Shown here: piece by piece, positions 50,337 through 60,168 of the stretch
How positions within the stretch are numbered: position 1 is the first letter of the stretch
Layout: every line of letters starts with the position of its first letter
Source: an uncultured delta proteobacterium
GTDB taxonomy: Bacteria; Myxococcota_A; Polyangia; Polyangiales; Polyangiaceae
DNA length: 64,000 nt
Assembly: GCA_963696385.1 (NCBI GenBank)
Contig: CAVOKF010000006.1
Location: 320,001 to 384,000, forward strand
Direction: 5' to 3'
The notes under the pieces: generated by a model
Databases searched by the model: none
The model's input: the letters and a program-made list of their open reading frames with translations, nothing else
What the model was told of the DNA's origin: nothing
Translations under genes and position numbers: made by a program

Positions 50337-50520
50337 TTTCCGTGCAATCGTCAATCCAACGTTTGGGGATCCCCGATCGGGGGGCCTTTGACTCGTGGCG
50401 TGCTCATCCGTGAGATCGGACCCGACCCCGGAGGAAGTCGTCGTCAGGCCGATCGCGCTCGATGAATCGCTGCATTCTCACCGGGATCGTTCGACGCCGG
50501 GTGCCCGGACCTTGGGCGAG

Positions 50521-51648
50521 TCATTCGCGGGGCGGCTCCGCGAACGCGAGCGCGCCGGCCGGCCAGAGGAAGCGGAGCCAGTTGAGCAGCGCAATGCCCG
50601 TGTAGGTCACGGGGACGTAACGGAAGCCCCGCCGAATGAAAAACATCGCAATGGCCGCGGCGGTGGCCCCGGTCATGAGGCCTTTGCCCATCGGGGAGGT
50701 GTACGCCGACGGCACGATGTGTCGATAAACGATCGCGGCGTCGTGAAAGTAGCGGCGTGCGTGTTTGGCGAAGGCGCGCTTCGAACGAAGATACATTTCG
50801 AGATCCGGATTGCCCCAGGCCGGATGAGCCTCGATCTCCGAGCCGACGGCCCATACCTCGACGGGAAGCTGGCGGTCGCAACCGACGCGGCGAAAGCGCT
50901 CGATAATGGCGACGAACGATTCGCAATTGGCCTGCATGGCCTTTTCGACTTTGCTGCCGTGGCAGAGGACGAGGACGTCCGCATCGGCGAGCAGAGGGTC
51001 GAGCCGTTCGTAGTCGTCGTAGTCGTAGTCGCGACCGTACTTGAGAGGGGTGACCTGACCGCCGGCCGCCTCAATCATCCGAGCGAGCGGGCGCCCGAAC
51101 GCGCCGCTCGCGCCCGTCATGGCGAAGCGGCGGCCGCGAATCTGGCAGCCCTTGGCGAAGAGAATGTCGAACAACTTGGTCGTAGACCCCATGTAATTGT
51201 CTGGGAATACGTGATGCATCGCGTGGTACATGGGCCCCACCAGCCAGCCCGCGTTCGACGAGCGCAGCCGCGGCAGGTCCATGTGGTTCGAGTCGAGACC
51301 TCCTCGCCAGGTCGCGACTGCCGCCAAAATCGTTTCGAATGCCATGACGGCGCATACGACGCGGACCGGCAAGCACCAAAAGCCAACGGACGTGGCGAGT
51401 ACCAACGTGAAATATTCGGGGCCACGGTGGTAGATGAGATTTTGTATTCGGTATTCGCGATGAATGCGTAGATCAGGGCCGAGAAATCGGTGATGGGCTT
51501 GGTGGAGAGCTCCGATGCGAGCGAACGTCGGCGATCGCGCGCGTGCCATGGCGTGCAGGGCCCAGTGGACGACGTCGGCGACGAAGGTCGCGCCGCCGTA
51601 GAGCGCAACGCACATGAGCGCTTGTCCGCCGACATCGAGCCCGCGCAT
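50521..51648 (-). CDS. Bifunctional sterol desaturase/fatty acid hydroxylase-SDR fusion
   Basis: His boxes HWALH, HQAHH and HAMHH; TGASGAFG; YLRSK. Confidence 0.75.
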   Translation of the reverse strand: MRGLDVGGQALMCVALYGGATFVADVVHWALHAMARARSPTFARIGALHQAHHRFLGPDLRIHREYRIQNLIYHRGPEYFTLVLATSVGFWCLPVRVVCAVMAFETILAAVATWRGGLDSNHMDLPRLRSSNAGWLVGPMYHAMHHVFPDNYMGSTTKLFDILFAKGCQIRGRRFAMTGASGAFGRPLARMIEAAGGQVTPLKYGRDYDYDDYERLDPLLADADVLVLCHGSKVEKAMQANCESFVAIIERFRRVGCDRQLPVEVWAVGSEIEAHPAWGNPDLEMYLRSKRAFAKHARRYFHDAAIVYRHIVPSAYTSPMGKGLMTGATAAAIAMFFIRRGFRYVPVTYTGIALLNWLRFLWPAGALAFAEPPRE

Positions 51649-51868
51649 GGAGGTACGTGTGCCTACCGTAACGTACTTCCCTCCGCCACGCGCCGGCAGA
51701 CGAACGGGGTCGCGGCGGGAAATTCACCCCCTAGCGCTTCGGTGGCGGCCGGGGAAACAAGCTCTCCCGAGAGGCCCCCCCCAGACGCATCCGAGCGACC
51801 CGAGGTGGCCCGACCCGCGCACGCCGAGCGAGGCGGCCCGTAGCGGCGCGTAGGGCCAGGCCGACCCG

Positions 51869-51898
51869 GGCGTACCCGGCGCAGTTCGGTACCGTTCA
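51869..51898. repeat. REP-like element, family A copy 3 (diverged)
   Basis: ggcgtacccggcgcagttcggtaccgttca. Confidence 0.6.
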
Positions 51899-51912
51899 GC
51901 GGGACGCTGCAC

Positions 51913-53133
51913 TCAGGGCGTCCTCGCGCATCGGAAGCCGACGTTGCTGCCGCGGAGCGACGGGAGGTCTTCGAAGCGTTGCCATGGCTCCAAGTCCGAT
52001 GCGGGTTGGTGGAAGTCGCCGCCGCGGCGCACCCGGTCGGCGAGGGATGCCGACAGATTGGCGCAATCCACGCATGGGTTCACGTAATTGGCATACGAGT
52101 CGAGGTTCCAATCCGAGACGTCGCCCGCCAGATCCAGCTGGCCCCACAGGCCCGCGCCAAGCGCCGGCACCCCCACCGGTGCGATGTTCACGACGCTGAC
52201 GCACGTCCCCGTACGGCTTGGGTAGTAACACCCGTAGATGGCGTACTGGTTGTCGGTCCCGGGAGTCGCCGTGCCCCACGGGTACTCGCGTTGCTGGCTT
52301 CCCGCAGCCGCCGCGTACTCCCACTCGGCCTCGCTCGGGAGAAAGCCCCCGTCGAAAATGCAGAAGGCGTACGCTTCGTACCAGTTCATGCAGTTGATCG
52401 GCTTATTTTCGTTGCTTGCCGCCGCGTCGGTCCACGTCGGGTTCATCGTGCAGGTCAAGTTGGCGGTCGTAGGCGCAAGATTGGCGTCGTCGGAGGCCAC
52501 CCAGCCCGGTTCGTACGTCCCCGGGCTCGCCGCGTTGGCAAGGCCTTGGCCCGCGTTGAGATGGGTGTGCTTGCCCGACCCCGCCGGCGGTGCGTAGCCG
52601 CCGTTCCACGCGTTCACGAAGGAGCGAAAGCGTCCCACGGTGACGTTGTATTTATCCAATCGAAGCGCGCTCACGGTTGCAGGGTCCGCCAAGCCCGTCG
52701 CACCTCCATCCGCATTGACCGTATACGTGCGGTCGAACGTTCCGCCCGGCACCTCGAGGCTCGAGCAGCAGCACTCGGATCCGCTGGGCCCGCAGTTGCT
52801 CGTGCTCGTCGAACCCCCGGAGCAGCTCGGCGCTTGGACGCAGTTGTCCCCACCTAGGCCGCCCCCGTCGCCTACGCCGTTCCCGTCGCCGAGCGAGTCT
52901 GCTCCGGCGGAGTCGGCCCGCTGCAGATTGGGGATCGTGCCGAGAAGCGGAACGGTCAAGTCGGTGCAGGCGACGAGGCAAACCCCGAGAACCGCTCCAA
53001 GAAACGGTCGCAGCAGAAGGGCGGATGCGGCGACGGGAATTTCGCGTCTCGCGCCTTGGGCGGCCGCCGAATCGACGGCCCGGGCGTCCGACGAGTCCAC
53101 CGAAGCGCCCCAATTCATCGACTCGTGACTCAT
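51913..53133 (-). CDS. FGE-sulfatase (SUMF1/EgtB/PvdO) fold lipoprotein
   Basis: LVAC lipobox; LPSEAEWEYAA, YPWG, DLAGDVSDW, RGG and GFRCAR motifs; start uncertain. Confidence 0.85.
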   Translation of the reverse strand: MSHESMNWGASVDSSDARAVDSAAAQGARREIPVAASALLLRPFLGAVLGVCLVACTDLTVPLLGTIPNLQRADSAGADSLGDGNGVGDGGGLGGDNCVQAPSCSGGSTSTSNCGPSGSECCCSSLEVPGGTFDRTYTVNADGGATGLADPATVSALRLDKYNVTVGRFRSFVNAWNGGYAPPAGSGKHTHLNAGQGLANAASPGTYEPGWVASDDANLAPTTANLTCTMNPTWTDAAASNENKPINCMNWYEAYAFCIFDGGFLPSEAEWEYAAAAGSQQREYPWGTATPGTDNQYAIYGCYYPSRTGTCVSVVNIAPVGVPALGAGLWGQLDLAGDVSDWNLDSYANYVNPCVDCANLSASLADRVRRGGDFHQPASDLEPWQRFEDLPSLRGSNVGFRCARTP

Positions 53134-53267
53134 TGTACCGGTGCGAGGCGGTTTTTCGACGTGCGCATCGGAGCCTGCTGGTCCATCCTGCTGCCATCGC
53201 TCGGGTGTGTTTTTGCGAGGACGATGAGCCGTTCGCGGCATCCTCGGATACCGGTCCCGCGCAGAAT

Positions 53268-53936
53268 GTGACTGGATTTGCTTTGAGCGTTGCCATTCAT
53301 CGCAGGTCGAGCGACCCGGCGCGAACGGCTGCCGTGCGCTTGCTTGCCTCCACGATGACCGATGCCGATCTGGCCGAGGCGCTCAAGCGACGGGAGCCGG
53401 GCGCGTCGGAGCTGCTCTACGAGCGCTACGGGCCCTATGTGGAGCGGCTGGTGGTGCGCGCGATGGGTCTGGATCCCGAAGTTCCCGACCTCATCAACGA
53501 AGTATTCGCCCGCGCGCTCGAAGGCGTAAGGGGCTTGCGTCAATCGTCTGCGCTCAAAGGATGGATCGGCAGCGTCGCGCTCTTCACGGCTCGGAGATTT
53601 TTGCGAAGCCGGCGAACGCGCCGCCGCTGGGTCAGCGCATTTTCGCTCGATGAGGTTCCGGAGACGGCGGCCACCGTCGCGTCGCCCGAGGTGAGCCAGA
53701 CGCTGGTGCGCACGTACGCGGTGCTCGACGCTCTGCCCGCCGACGAGCGAATCGCGTTCGCGTTGCGCTTCGTCGACGGCATGGAGCTGCACGAAGTCGC
53801 GCAGGTCACCCGGGTCTCGCTGGCGACCGTGAAACGTAGGCTCGTCCGCGCCCAGCAGATCTTTTGGGATCGGGCGCGTCAGGATCCGATTCTGCGAGAG
53901 CATGCGCCATTGTCCGGGGAGGGGGAGCCAACGTGA
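53268..53936 (+). CDS. ECF sigma factor (cassette B)
   Basis: DLINEVF; SLATVKRRLVRA; start 53268 (GTG) or 53355 (ATG). Confidence 0.9.
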   Translation: MTGFALSVAIHRRSSDPARTAAVRLLASTMTDADLAEALKRREPGASELLYERYGPYVERLVVRAMGLDPEVPDLINEVFARALEGVRGLRQSSALKGWIGSVALFTARRFLRSRRTRRRWVSAFSLDEVPETAATVASPEVSQTLVRTYAVLDALPADERIAFALRFVDGMELHEVAQVTRVSLATVKRRLVRAQQIFWDRARQDPILREHAPLSGEGEPT

Positions 53937-55210
53937 GCCCGAACGAGCGTCTCTGGGAGGCCATTCGCGGCGAGCAGGATCGGGCCCGCGTGCGCGCTCG
54001 CTACTTGGCCGTTGCCAAGGCGCGCCGGGCGATGGCCAAACCCGCGACGCGCGTCCGTCGCGATCGCCGGCTTTGGTGGGCTGCCGTCGCCGTGTTGCCG
54101 GCGATAGCCGCGGCGGCGCTGTGGGTGGTGCGATGGCGGTCGTCCGCCCCGGATCTGACCTTCGTCGAGGCGGACGGTCAGATCGGCCGCGTGGGCGTGC
54201 CCATCGCGGCGCCGCCGACAGCTCCGTGGCCGTTGAAGTTTTCGGATGGTTCGCTCGTTTCGCTGTCCGCAGGAGCGCACGCGCGCGTCAGCGCCGTGAA
54301 CGCCAACGGTGCCCGCATCGTGGTCGATCGGGGCGGGGCGAGCGCGTCGGTCGTCCACCGGGGCCGCAGCCGGTGGGTCCTCGACGTCGGCCCGTTCGAG
54401 GTTCTCGTATCGGGCACGCGGTTCGACGTGAACTGGGATTCGAACGAAGAGGTGTTTCGGCTGGATCTGCAAGAGGGCTCGGTGCTCGTGTCGGGCCCGT
54501 GCATGCACGAGCCCAAGTCCGTCGCGCGAGGCGACCATCTGCGGGTGTCGTGCCGATCGAAGCGCGAAAGTGCGGGCGAAGCGCCCGCGCGCCCGGACGG
54601 ATCCGCTGAAAATGGATCGCCCCATCCGGATCCGGGAGCGACGAGAGCCGTGGGGGGCGGCGCGGACGCCGGCACCGCGGACACGACCGCGGTCCATGCG
54701 ATCGTGCGGGCCGCCGCGCGCGCCACGACGGCCACTGCGAGCGTGTTGGAAACGGACGCGTGGCGGGCCCTGGTGGACACCGGGCGCTATCGGCAGGCCC
54801 TTGATCTCGTCGAGCGGCGCGGTTTCGAGGAGCAGTGTCGTCTCGCCCCCGGCCCCGATTTGCTCGAACTCGGAGACGTCGCGCGGTTTGCCGGCGACGC
54901 CAACCGCGCTCGCCAGGCCTATGTCGCGGCGCGCGACAAGCTGCCCGCCGGGGGCCGGAGCGCGTACGGTCTAGGGTTGATCGCTTTCGATCAGGAAAGA
55001 GACTTTACCGGGGCCGCGCAATGGTTCGAGACCTATCTCGTCGAGCAGCCGGAGGGGGATCTTCGGCGCGAGGCCGCGGGCCGCGCGATGGAGGCGTGGC
55101 AGCTCGCCGGCGAGGGGGCCAAGGCGCGTGCCGCCGCCCAACGGTATCTTCGGCTGTACCCGAACGGGTTGCAGGCGCCGCTCGCTCGGCAGCTCGCGAC
55201 GGGTTTCTGA
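53933..55210 (+). CDS. FecR-like anti-sigma factor with TPR domain (cassette B)
   Basis: GTGA overlap with the sigma gene; TM; FSDGS...VGPFEVLVSGTRF; TPR tail. Confidence 0.87.
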   Translation: MSPNERLWEAIRGEQDRARVRARYLAVAKARRAMAKPATRVRRDRRLWWAAVAVLPAIAAAALWVVRWRSSAPDLTFVEADGQIGRVGVPIAAPPTAPWPLKFSDGSLVSLSAGAHARVSAVNANGARIVVDRGGASASVVHRGRSRWVLDVGPFEVLVSGTRFDVNWDSNEEVFRLDLQEGSVLVSGPCMHEPKSVARGDHLRVSCRSKRESAGEAPARPDGSAENGSPHPDPGATRAVGGGADAGTADTTAVHAIVRAAARATTATASVLETDAWRALVDTGRYRQALDLVERRGFEEQCRLAPGPDLLELGDVARFAGDANRARQAYVAARDKLPAGGRSAYGLGLIAFDQERDFTGAAQWFETYLVEQPEGDLRREAAGRAMEAWQLAGEGAKARAAAQRYLRLYPNGLQAPLARQLATGF

Positions 55211-56271
55211 TGCCCTCATGGGCGCGATGCCCTTTCCACATCGCTCGCATCGCCGCCCTGGGCGGCATTCTGCTCCGCCATGTGCCCGCTGCAGGCGCCG
55301 AGCCTTCGCCGCCCTCGCGTGCGACGATTCTCTTGATCGACGCCGGCGATGATGCGGCGGCGACGCGTGTGGCGGCCGAACTGCGAGCCTCGGGCCTGGC
55401 GGTAACGACCGTCCAAGACGATCCTGCGACACGCACCGATTTCGACATTCAGCTCCTATCGCGATCGGCGAATGCCGTTGCCGCGATCGACATCGACCCC
55501 GACGTCGGAGAGGTGCGGATATGGACCGTCACTCGATCGACCGGACAAATCGTTTTGCGCTCGCTCGTGCGCCTCGACGACGATCCCGAGGTCGTGGCGT
55601 TGCGCGCAGTCGAAGCGCTGCGTGCCTCGCTCAACGACCCGACATGGTCTGCGCCGCCTCCGATCGCGCCGGCCCCCGCCGTGCCCATGGCTGCACGCGC
55701 CGGGGTGCCCCCCGCCTTACCCGAAAGCCCTCGTGCGAGCGCGCCGGCGACCGCACGCCCGGCGTTCGGTGCCTCCCTGGGGCCCGCTTTGGCTTCGGGC
55801 GGCGGCCACTTCGGTGGCTCGTGGCAGGTGTTCGGCTCGCTCGACTGGTTTTGGGCGCCGCGTTGGGGCGTCGAGCTGATGGGAATGGCGCCGGTCACGA
55901 GCGCGCACCGGACGGAAAGTGCGGGAACGGCCACGCTGGTCTTCGCGCTCGTCGCCGCCGGTCTTCGCGCGCGGGCTCTGGCGGCGCGGTGGTGTGTTCT
56001 CGACTTCAGCGCCGGCATCGGCACGGCAGCCCTTTACACCCAAGGCTCGCCGAATCCAGGCTTTTACGGGACCGGGGGCACCACGTGGGTGGCCACGCCC
56101 TACGCGCGGATGGGATACGGCGTGGCGGTCCACCCGCACGTATGGCTTCGAGCGGACGTGACCGGACTTTACGCGACTCCGCGCCCGACCTTCGCGACGG
56201 CCCAGGATTTGGCCTCGTGGGGAGAGCCGCTCTTGCTCGCGTCGGTTGGCGTCGAAGTGGCCTTTCGCTGA
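55210..56271 (+). CDS. Secreted protein with putative C-terminal beta-barrel (cassette B)
   Basis: TGATG overlap; PEVVALRAVEALRASL; Pro linker; amphipathic strands ending VGVEVAFR. Confidence 0.78.
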   Translation: MPSWARCPFHIARIAALGGILLRHVPAAGAEPSPPSRATILLIDAGDDAAATRVAAELRASGLAVTTVQDDPATRTDFDIQLLSRSANAVAAIDIDPDVGEVRIWTVTRSTGQIVLRSLVRLDDDPEVVALRAVEALRASLNDPTWSAPPPIAPAPAVPMAARAGVPPALPESPRASAPATARPAFGASLGPALASGGGHFGGSWQVFGSLDWFWAPRWGVELMGMAPVTSAHRTESAGTATLVFALVAAGLRARALAARWCVLDFSAGIGTAALYTQGSPNPGFYGTGGTTWVATPYARMGYGVAVHPHVWLRADVTGLYATPRPTFATAQDLASWGEPLLLASVGVEVAFR

Positions 56272-56281
56272 TCATGGCCCG

Positions 56282-56587
56282 TCAGCTCGATCCCAACAAT
56301 CCGTCGTTGGGCCCCCCGTCGGGGACGGCGCTGTCCCATGTTTCGCTGCCGCTGTCGGCCTCTTCGGGTAAGGTCGCCTCGGAATCGCTCCGCGCATCGG
56401 CGTTGTTCCTGCCGCCGTCCGCAGGAGTGTCGGGGTTGTAGCGATTGATGACGTAGCTCGTACAGCCGAGTCCGAGTGACATCCACGTGGCCATCCCGGC
56501 GAGCTTGGCTCGGGCGCGCATCCCGGCTGCGGATACTGGTCGCGACCCGCTGCCAGCGCCATTGGAATTCGATTTGCCATGCAACAT
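56282..56587 (-). CDS. Small putative lipoprotein, possibly truncated
   Basis: GLGC lipobox-like motif followed only by an acidic DGG/DSG linker. Confidence 0.4.
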   Translation of the reverse strand: MLHGKSNSNGAGSGSRPVSAAGMRARAKLAGMATWMSLGLGCTSYVINRYNPDTPADGGRNNADARSDSEATLPEEADSGSETWDSAVPDGGPNDGLLGSS

Positions 56588-56601
56588 CGGTTACTTGGGC
56601 G

Positions 56602-56705
56602 CGACCCTCGACCTCCACCGATCGACCTCGACCAATCGACCTCGACCGATCGACCTCGACCCTCGACCCTCGACCTCGACCCTCGACCTCGACCTTACCT
56701 CGACC
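56602..56705. repeat. Degenerate TCGACC array
   Basis: More than a dozen CGACC units in a divergent intergenic region. Confidence 0.88.
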
Positions 56706-56949
56706 GGGTCTGACGAAGTCTCGTCGTCGTTCGACGGGGGTTCGTCGCGTTGGACGCAGGCCCTTTCGGTCGGCATCAATCCGCCAAAAGCGATGGGCGC
56801 GCGATGAAGGCCCAAAGTTGACGGTGCGGGCCCAACCGCAGTCTGCGCCGCGGCGGCCCGCCATTTGCTGTGGTGATGTCCGGTCGGGCGCGAACTCGGG
56901 GCATGGGCTCCCCTTCGGCCCGCGGGAGAGAAGCGAATTGCGCCGAGCA

Positions 56950-58401
56950 TTGGGTGGTCTCCATCGACAGCGCGTTGTTTCGCCGGTTTGCCGGTGGCTT
57001 GTGCTGGGCCTCGCCGCCTCGGTCGGCGGTTGTTTCTCGGATCCGACCACGCCTCCGACCACGCCTGCGGCACAGACGACGACCGGCGACGACGCCGCCG
57101 TCTCGAGCCAACCGACGGTGACCATCGTGCGCGGGCAGGGGTCTCCGATATCGCCGTTCGCCTTCGGTCAGAACTACTGGGATTGGGTGGATTATAGCAA
57201 TTCCGGTGTCACCGGATTGACCGGGACCGAACCCCTCGTGACCGCGCTGCAGCTCAACGTCATCCGGGCCGGCGGAAACAACAACGATACGAATTCTCCC
57301 TCGCCGTTCGACACGAACCAAATCGACAAGTTCGTTGCGTACTGCCGCACCGTAGGCGCAGAGCCGATCCTGCAGGTCCCGCTCGTGGCCGACGGCGACG
57401 GCGGAGCGGCGACCGCGCAAAACGCGGCCGATATGGTCACGTATGCCAATGGGACGATGGGCTACGGCATCAAGTACTGGGAAATCGGCAACGAACCGGA
57501 CCTCTACCCCACGGACCTCGACGCGGGCTTTCCCGTCCAGAACGCGGCGGACTACTGCACGCAATTTTCCGCCTACGCCACGGCGATGAGGGCGGCGAAC
57601 GCCGCTGCGTCCGACGGTGGCGTGGCCCTTGCGCTTCTCGGACCCGAACTCTCGTACAAATACGTCGCCGGCAACGATTGGCTCACCCCCTTCTTGGACG
57701 GCTGCAAGGACGACGTGGACATCGTCACCGTCCATCGATATCCGTTCAGCGGGCCGGAGACTTCCGTGCAAGGCGCCCTGACGGACGTCCGGTCGTTCCA
57801 ATCGACCGTGAATGCGGTGGCCGCGATCGTCAAGGGACACGCCCGGCCGGGCACACCGTTCGGGATCACCGAGGCGAACATCTCGTATGCGTACGCTCTC
57901 AGCTCCTTCACGGCGTCTTCTCTCATCGCGGCGCCGGGTACGTTTTACGCGGCGCTCTGGACGGCCGACGTCCTGGGAGCCGCACTCGAAAACAACCTCT
58001 GGACACTCGCTTTTTGGAACATCGGCGAGACGAGCGAGACCGCGTCGGTTTTGGGCTTCATCACGGCCGACCAGCCCGATCCCGCTTACTATGCGCAGTG
58101 GTTGGTGTCGTCGAACTTTCGGGGCCAAATCCTCGCGCCGACCGGCGTCCCGGCAGGATTTTCGGTCTATGCGAGTTACGACGCGACGGCCGGGTCGACC
58201 TCCGTCCTCGTTCTCAACAAGACGACGGCATCGAGTGGCCTCACGCTGGCGGTCGACACCCTTGCGCCCCAAGCGCTCGTCTTCCCCGCGCTCTCGATGT
58301 CCGTCGTGCACATTCCCGACTCCGCGGACGGCGGGACGCACGTCCTTCGCTACACGGCCGACCTGGCGGATGCCGGAACGGCTCCCCAGACGATTCAGTG
58401 A
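56950..58401 (+). CDS. Lipid-anchored clan GH-A glycoside hydrolase (GH44/GH51/GH79-like)
   Basis: VGGC lipobox; IRAGGNN; YWEIGNEPD acid/base; VHRY; ITEAN nucleophile; start approximate. Confidence 0.82.
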   Translation: MGGLHRQRVVSPVCRWLVLGLAASVGGCFSDPTTPPTTPAAQTTTGDDAAVSSQPTVTIVRGQGSPISPFAFGQNYWDWVDYSNSGVTGLTGTEPLVTALQLNVIRAGGNNNDTNSPSPFDTNQIDKFVAYCRTVGAEPILQVPLVADGDGGAATAQNAADMVTYANGTMGYGIKYWEIGNEPDLYPTDLDAGFPVQNAADYCTQFSAYATAMRAANAAASDGGVALALLGPELSYKYVAGNDWLTPFLDGCKDDVDIVTVHRYPFSGPETSVQGALTDVRSFQSTVNAVAAIVKGHARPGTPFGITEANISYAYALSSFTASSLIAAPGTFYAALWTADVLGAALENNLWTLAFWNIGETSETASVLGFITADQPDPAYYAQWLVSSNFRGQILAPTGVPAGFSVYASYDATAGSTSVLVLNKTTASSGLTLAVDTLAPQALVFPALSMSVVHIPDSADGGTHVLRYTADLADAGTAPQTIQ

Positions 58402-58537
58402 CGCGGCCCGCGCGTCAGCGCTCACTCCGAGCGTCGAAATCGCGCATAGCGGGCGCCGGACCGCGATGCGCACAGGCAGCGTCGATCGACGCGACCGAAC
58501 CCGCACCGATGGCGCCGGACGCGTCGTCGAGCACGCC

Positions 58538-59926
58538 TCAGAACGGCAGCCCACGTCGTCCGAGCCACGATCGTGCGGGGCTGACGTGGCGGGAATGCAC
58601 GGGACGTTCCCGATGCATGTGCGACATGGGCCTTCGGGCGCCGGTGCCAAGTGGGATGTGTGCGTCGACGGCGTCCGCAGGCGACATCACCGCGATCGGC
58701 CAGAAGTGACCCGCCAGCGGGCCCTCGGCGTTGCCGGAGAACGAAATGAGCGATCCGTCGGCCTCGCCCGTGTCGAGCGATCCGGGATCCTGAAGAAGCG
58801 TCACCGTCACCTGCACCGCTGAGCCGTCGTGCACTTGAATCAGCGGGCCTCCATCGCTACCTACCCCGCCGCCGATCGCGAAACTCAGAACCGGAGCCGC
58901 CGAATCGCTCCAGTCCTGCGCCGTCAGGGTCCAGTCGCCCATCGGCGCGGACGCGAACGCATCCACCTCGAAGGTCACGCTCTCGCCGACGGCGACGATG
59001 AAGAAGGCCTGCCTGGGCGCGGCGTTGAAATAGACATCGCCGGCGGCCGGCAGCGGGTTGCAGGGGTCCAGTCCGGAGGTCGCTTGGGAGTTCGACCAGA
59101 TGCGTTGAACCGTAAACACGGCGTCGCTCGTTTCATCCTGGTCCAAACCCAAAAAATCGACGCACATGTCGGCGGCTTCGCCCCCGCCGGTCACGTCGAT
59201 CCAGCCCCAATTGTTCGGATCGGTGTCGTCGATCGCAAAGGCGGTCGGGGGAACGGGGTCCGTCGAGGCCTCCACGATCTCGTGGCTCGCCGTCATCGTC
59301 GTGTTCTGAAGAGCCGTAAGCGTCGCAATATTTGGAAATGGCGAGGCGATCGGTTCGCACTCGATGGCGGCGACGTAGGGCACCTGTTGCGAGCCGAACA
59401 TCATCGAATTGTGATAGCCGCCGAAGCCGCCCTCGACGCAACTGTCGGCGCCGTCGAGGGAAATGGTCGTCGTACTGGGAAAATAAAGTACGTACAGCGT
59501 GTCGGATGTCGAATTCGAATCAGGCATGGGCAATACGCCGTTGGTGATCGCGCTCTTGAGCCATTCCTGAAGTGTCGAGGCGCCGTTCTGGTCCGAATCG
59601 GTGTACTGGGTCGCCGCCGGCGTCGGCACTTGCACCGTGATGCCCTGCGGTCCGTCGCCGACGCACGTCGCGCCACCGCTTGCGCAATAGCCCGACCGGA
59701 CCGCGTCCCACCAGGCCGAGGACGCCACCGTTTGACCGAACGCCTCGAGCTCGGCCGCCATCGGATCCCCCTCGAACGTGACGGTTACGACCAGGGGCGC
59801 CGTCAGCAGAGGTCCACCGCTATACACTTCGAGTGGCAACGAAGCGTGCCCGCCGCTCTGGCCGACGGGCGATCCGCAGGCGGCTACGGCCAAGACCCAT
59901 CCTGACGCGAAACGCGACGTGTGCAT
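58538..59926 (-). CDS. Lipoprotein with PHI-1/EXORDIUM-like domain
   Basis: VAAC lipobox; YSGGPLL, GGYH, SHEIVEASTDP, EAADMC and VQRIWSN motifs. Confidence 0.65.
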   Translation of the reverse strand: MHTSRFASGWVLAVAACGSPVGQSGGHASLPLEVYSGGPLLTAPLVVTVTFEGDPMAAELEAFGQTVASSAWWDAVRSGYCASGGATCVGDGPQGITVQVPTPAATQYTDSDQNGASTLQEWLKSAITNGVLPMPDSNSTSDTLYVLYFPSTTTISLDGADSCVEGGFGGYHNSMMFGSQQVPYVAAIECEPIASPFPNIATLTALQNTTMTASHEIVEASTDPVPPTAFAIDDTDPNNWGWIDVTGGGEAADMCVDFLGLDQDETSDAVFTVQRIWSNSQATSGLDPCNPLPAAGDVYFNAAPRQAFFIVAVGESVTFEVDAFASAPMGDWTLTAQDWSDSAAPVLSFAIGGGVGSDGGPLIQVHDGSAVQVTVTLLQDPGSLDTGEADGSLISFSGNAEGPLAGHFWPIAVMSPADAVDAHIPLGTGARRPMSHMHRERPVHSRHVSPARSWLGRRGLPF

Positions 59927-60139
59927 TCCCCTCGAAGGGTACTTGGGCATCCCGCGAGCGGCTACCGCTGCCCCGGGTGCCGATCCGCCTTCCGACGAGC
60001 GGACGCTGTCGGCCGACGAGTCGCGGGCCCGGGGCTTCACGGTGCGCGGCTGGGAACAGGGCCGTTGCCCGTCGCAAGGTACGTCCGGCGCGAGGTACGC
60101 GCACGGCACCCTACCCTGGCGCGGTTCCGAAGAGGACCG

Positions 60140-60168
60140 CTAGAGCGCCAACCCGTTCGGTGCTCTAG
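60140..60168 (-). terminator. CTAG-bounded hairpin at the stop of ICL-family copy 2
   Basis: CTAGAGCGCC-N9-GGTGCTCTAG; no U tract. Confidence 0.4.

Noticed and set aside
51913..53133. True formylglycine-generating enzyme or DGR target
   Set aside because: No catalytic Cys pair evident; no template repeat or reverse transcriptase in the window.
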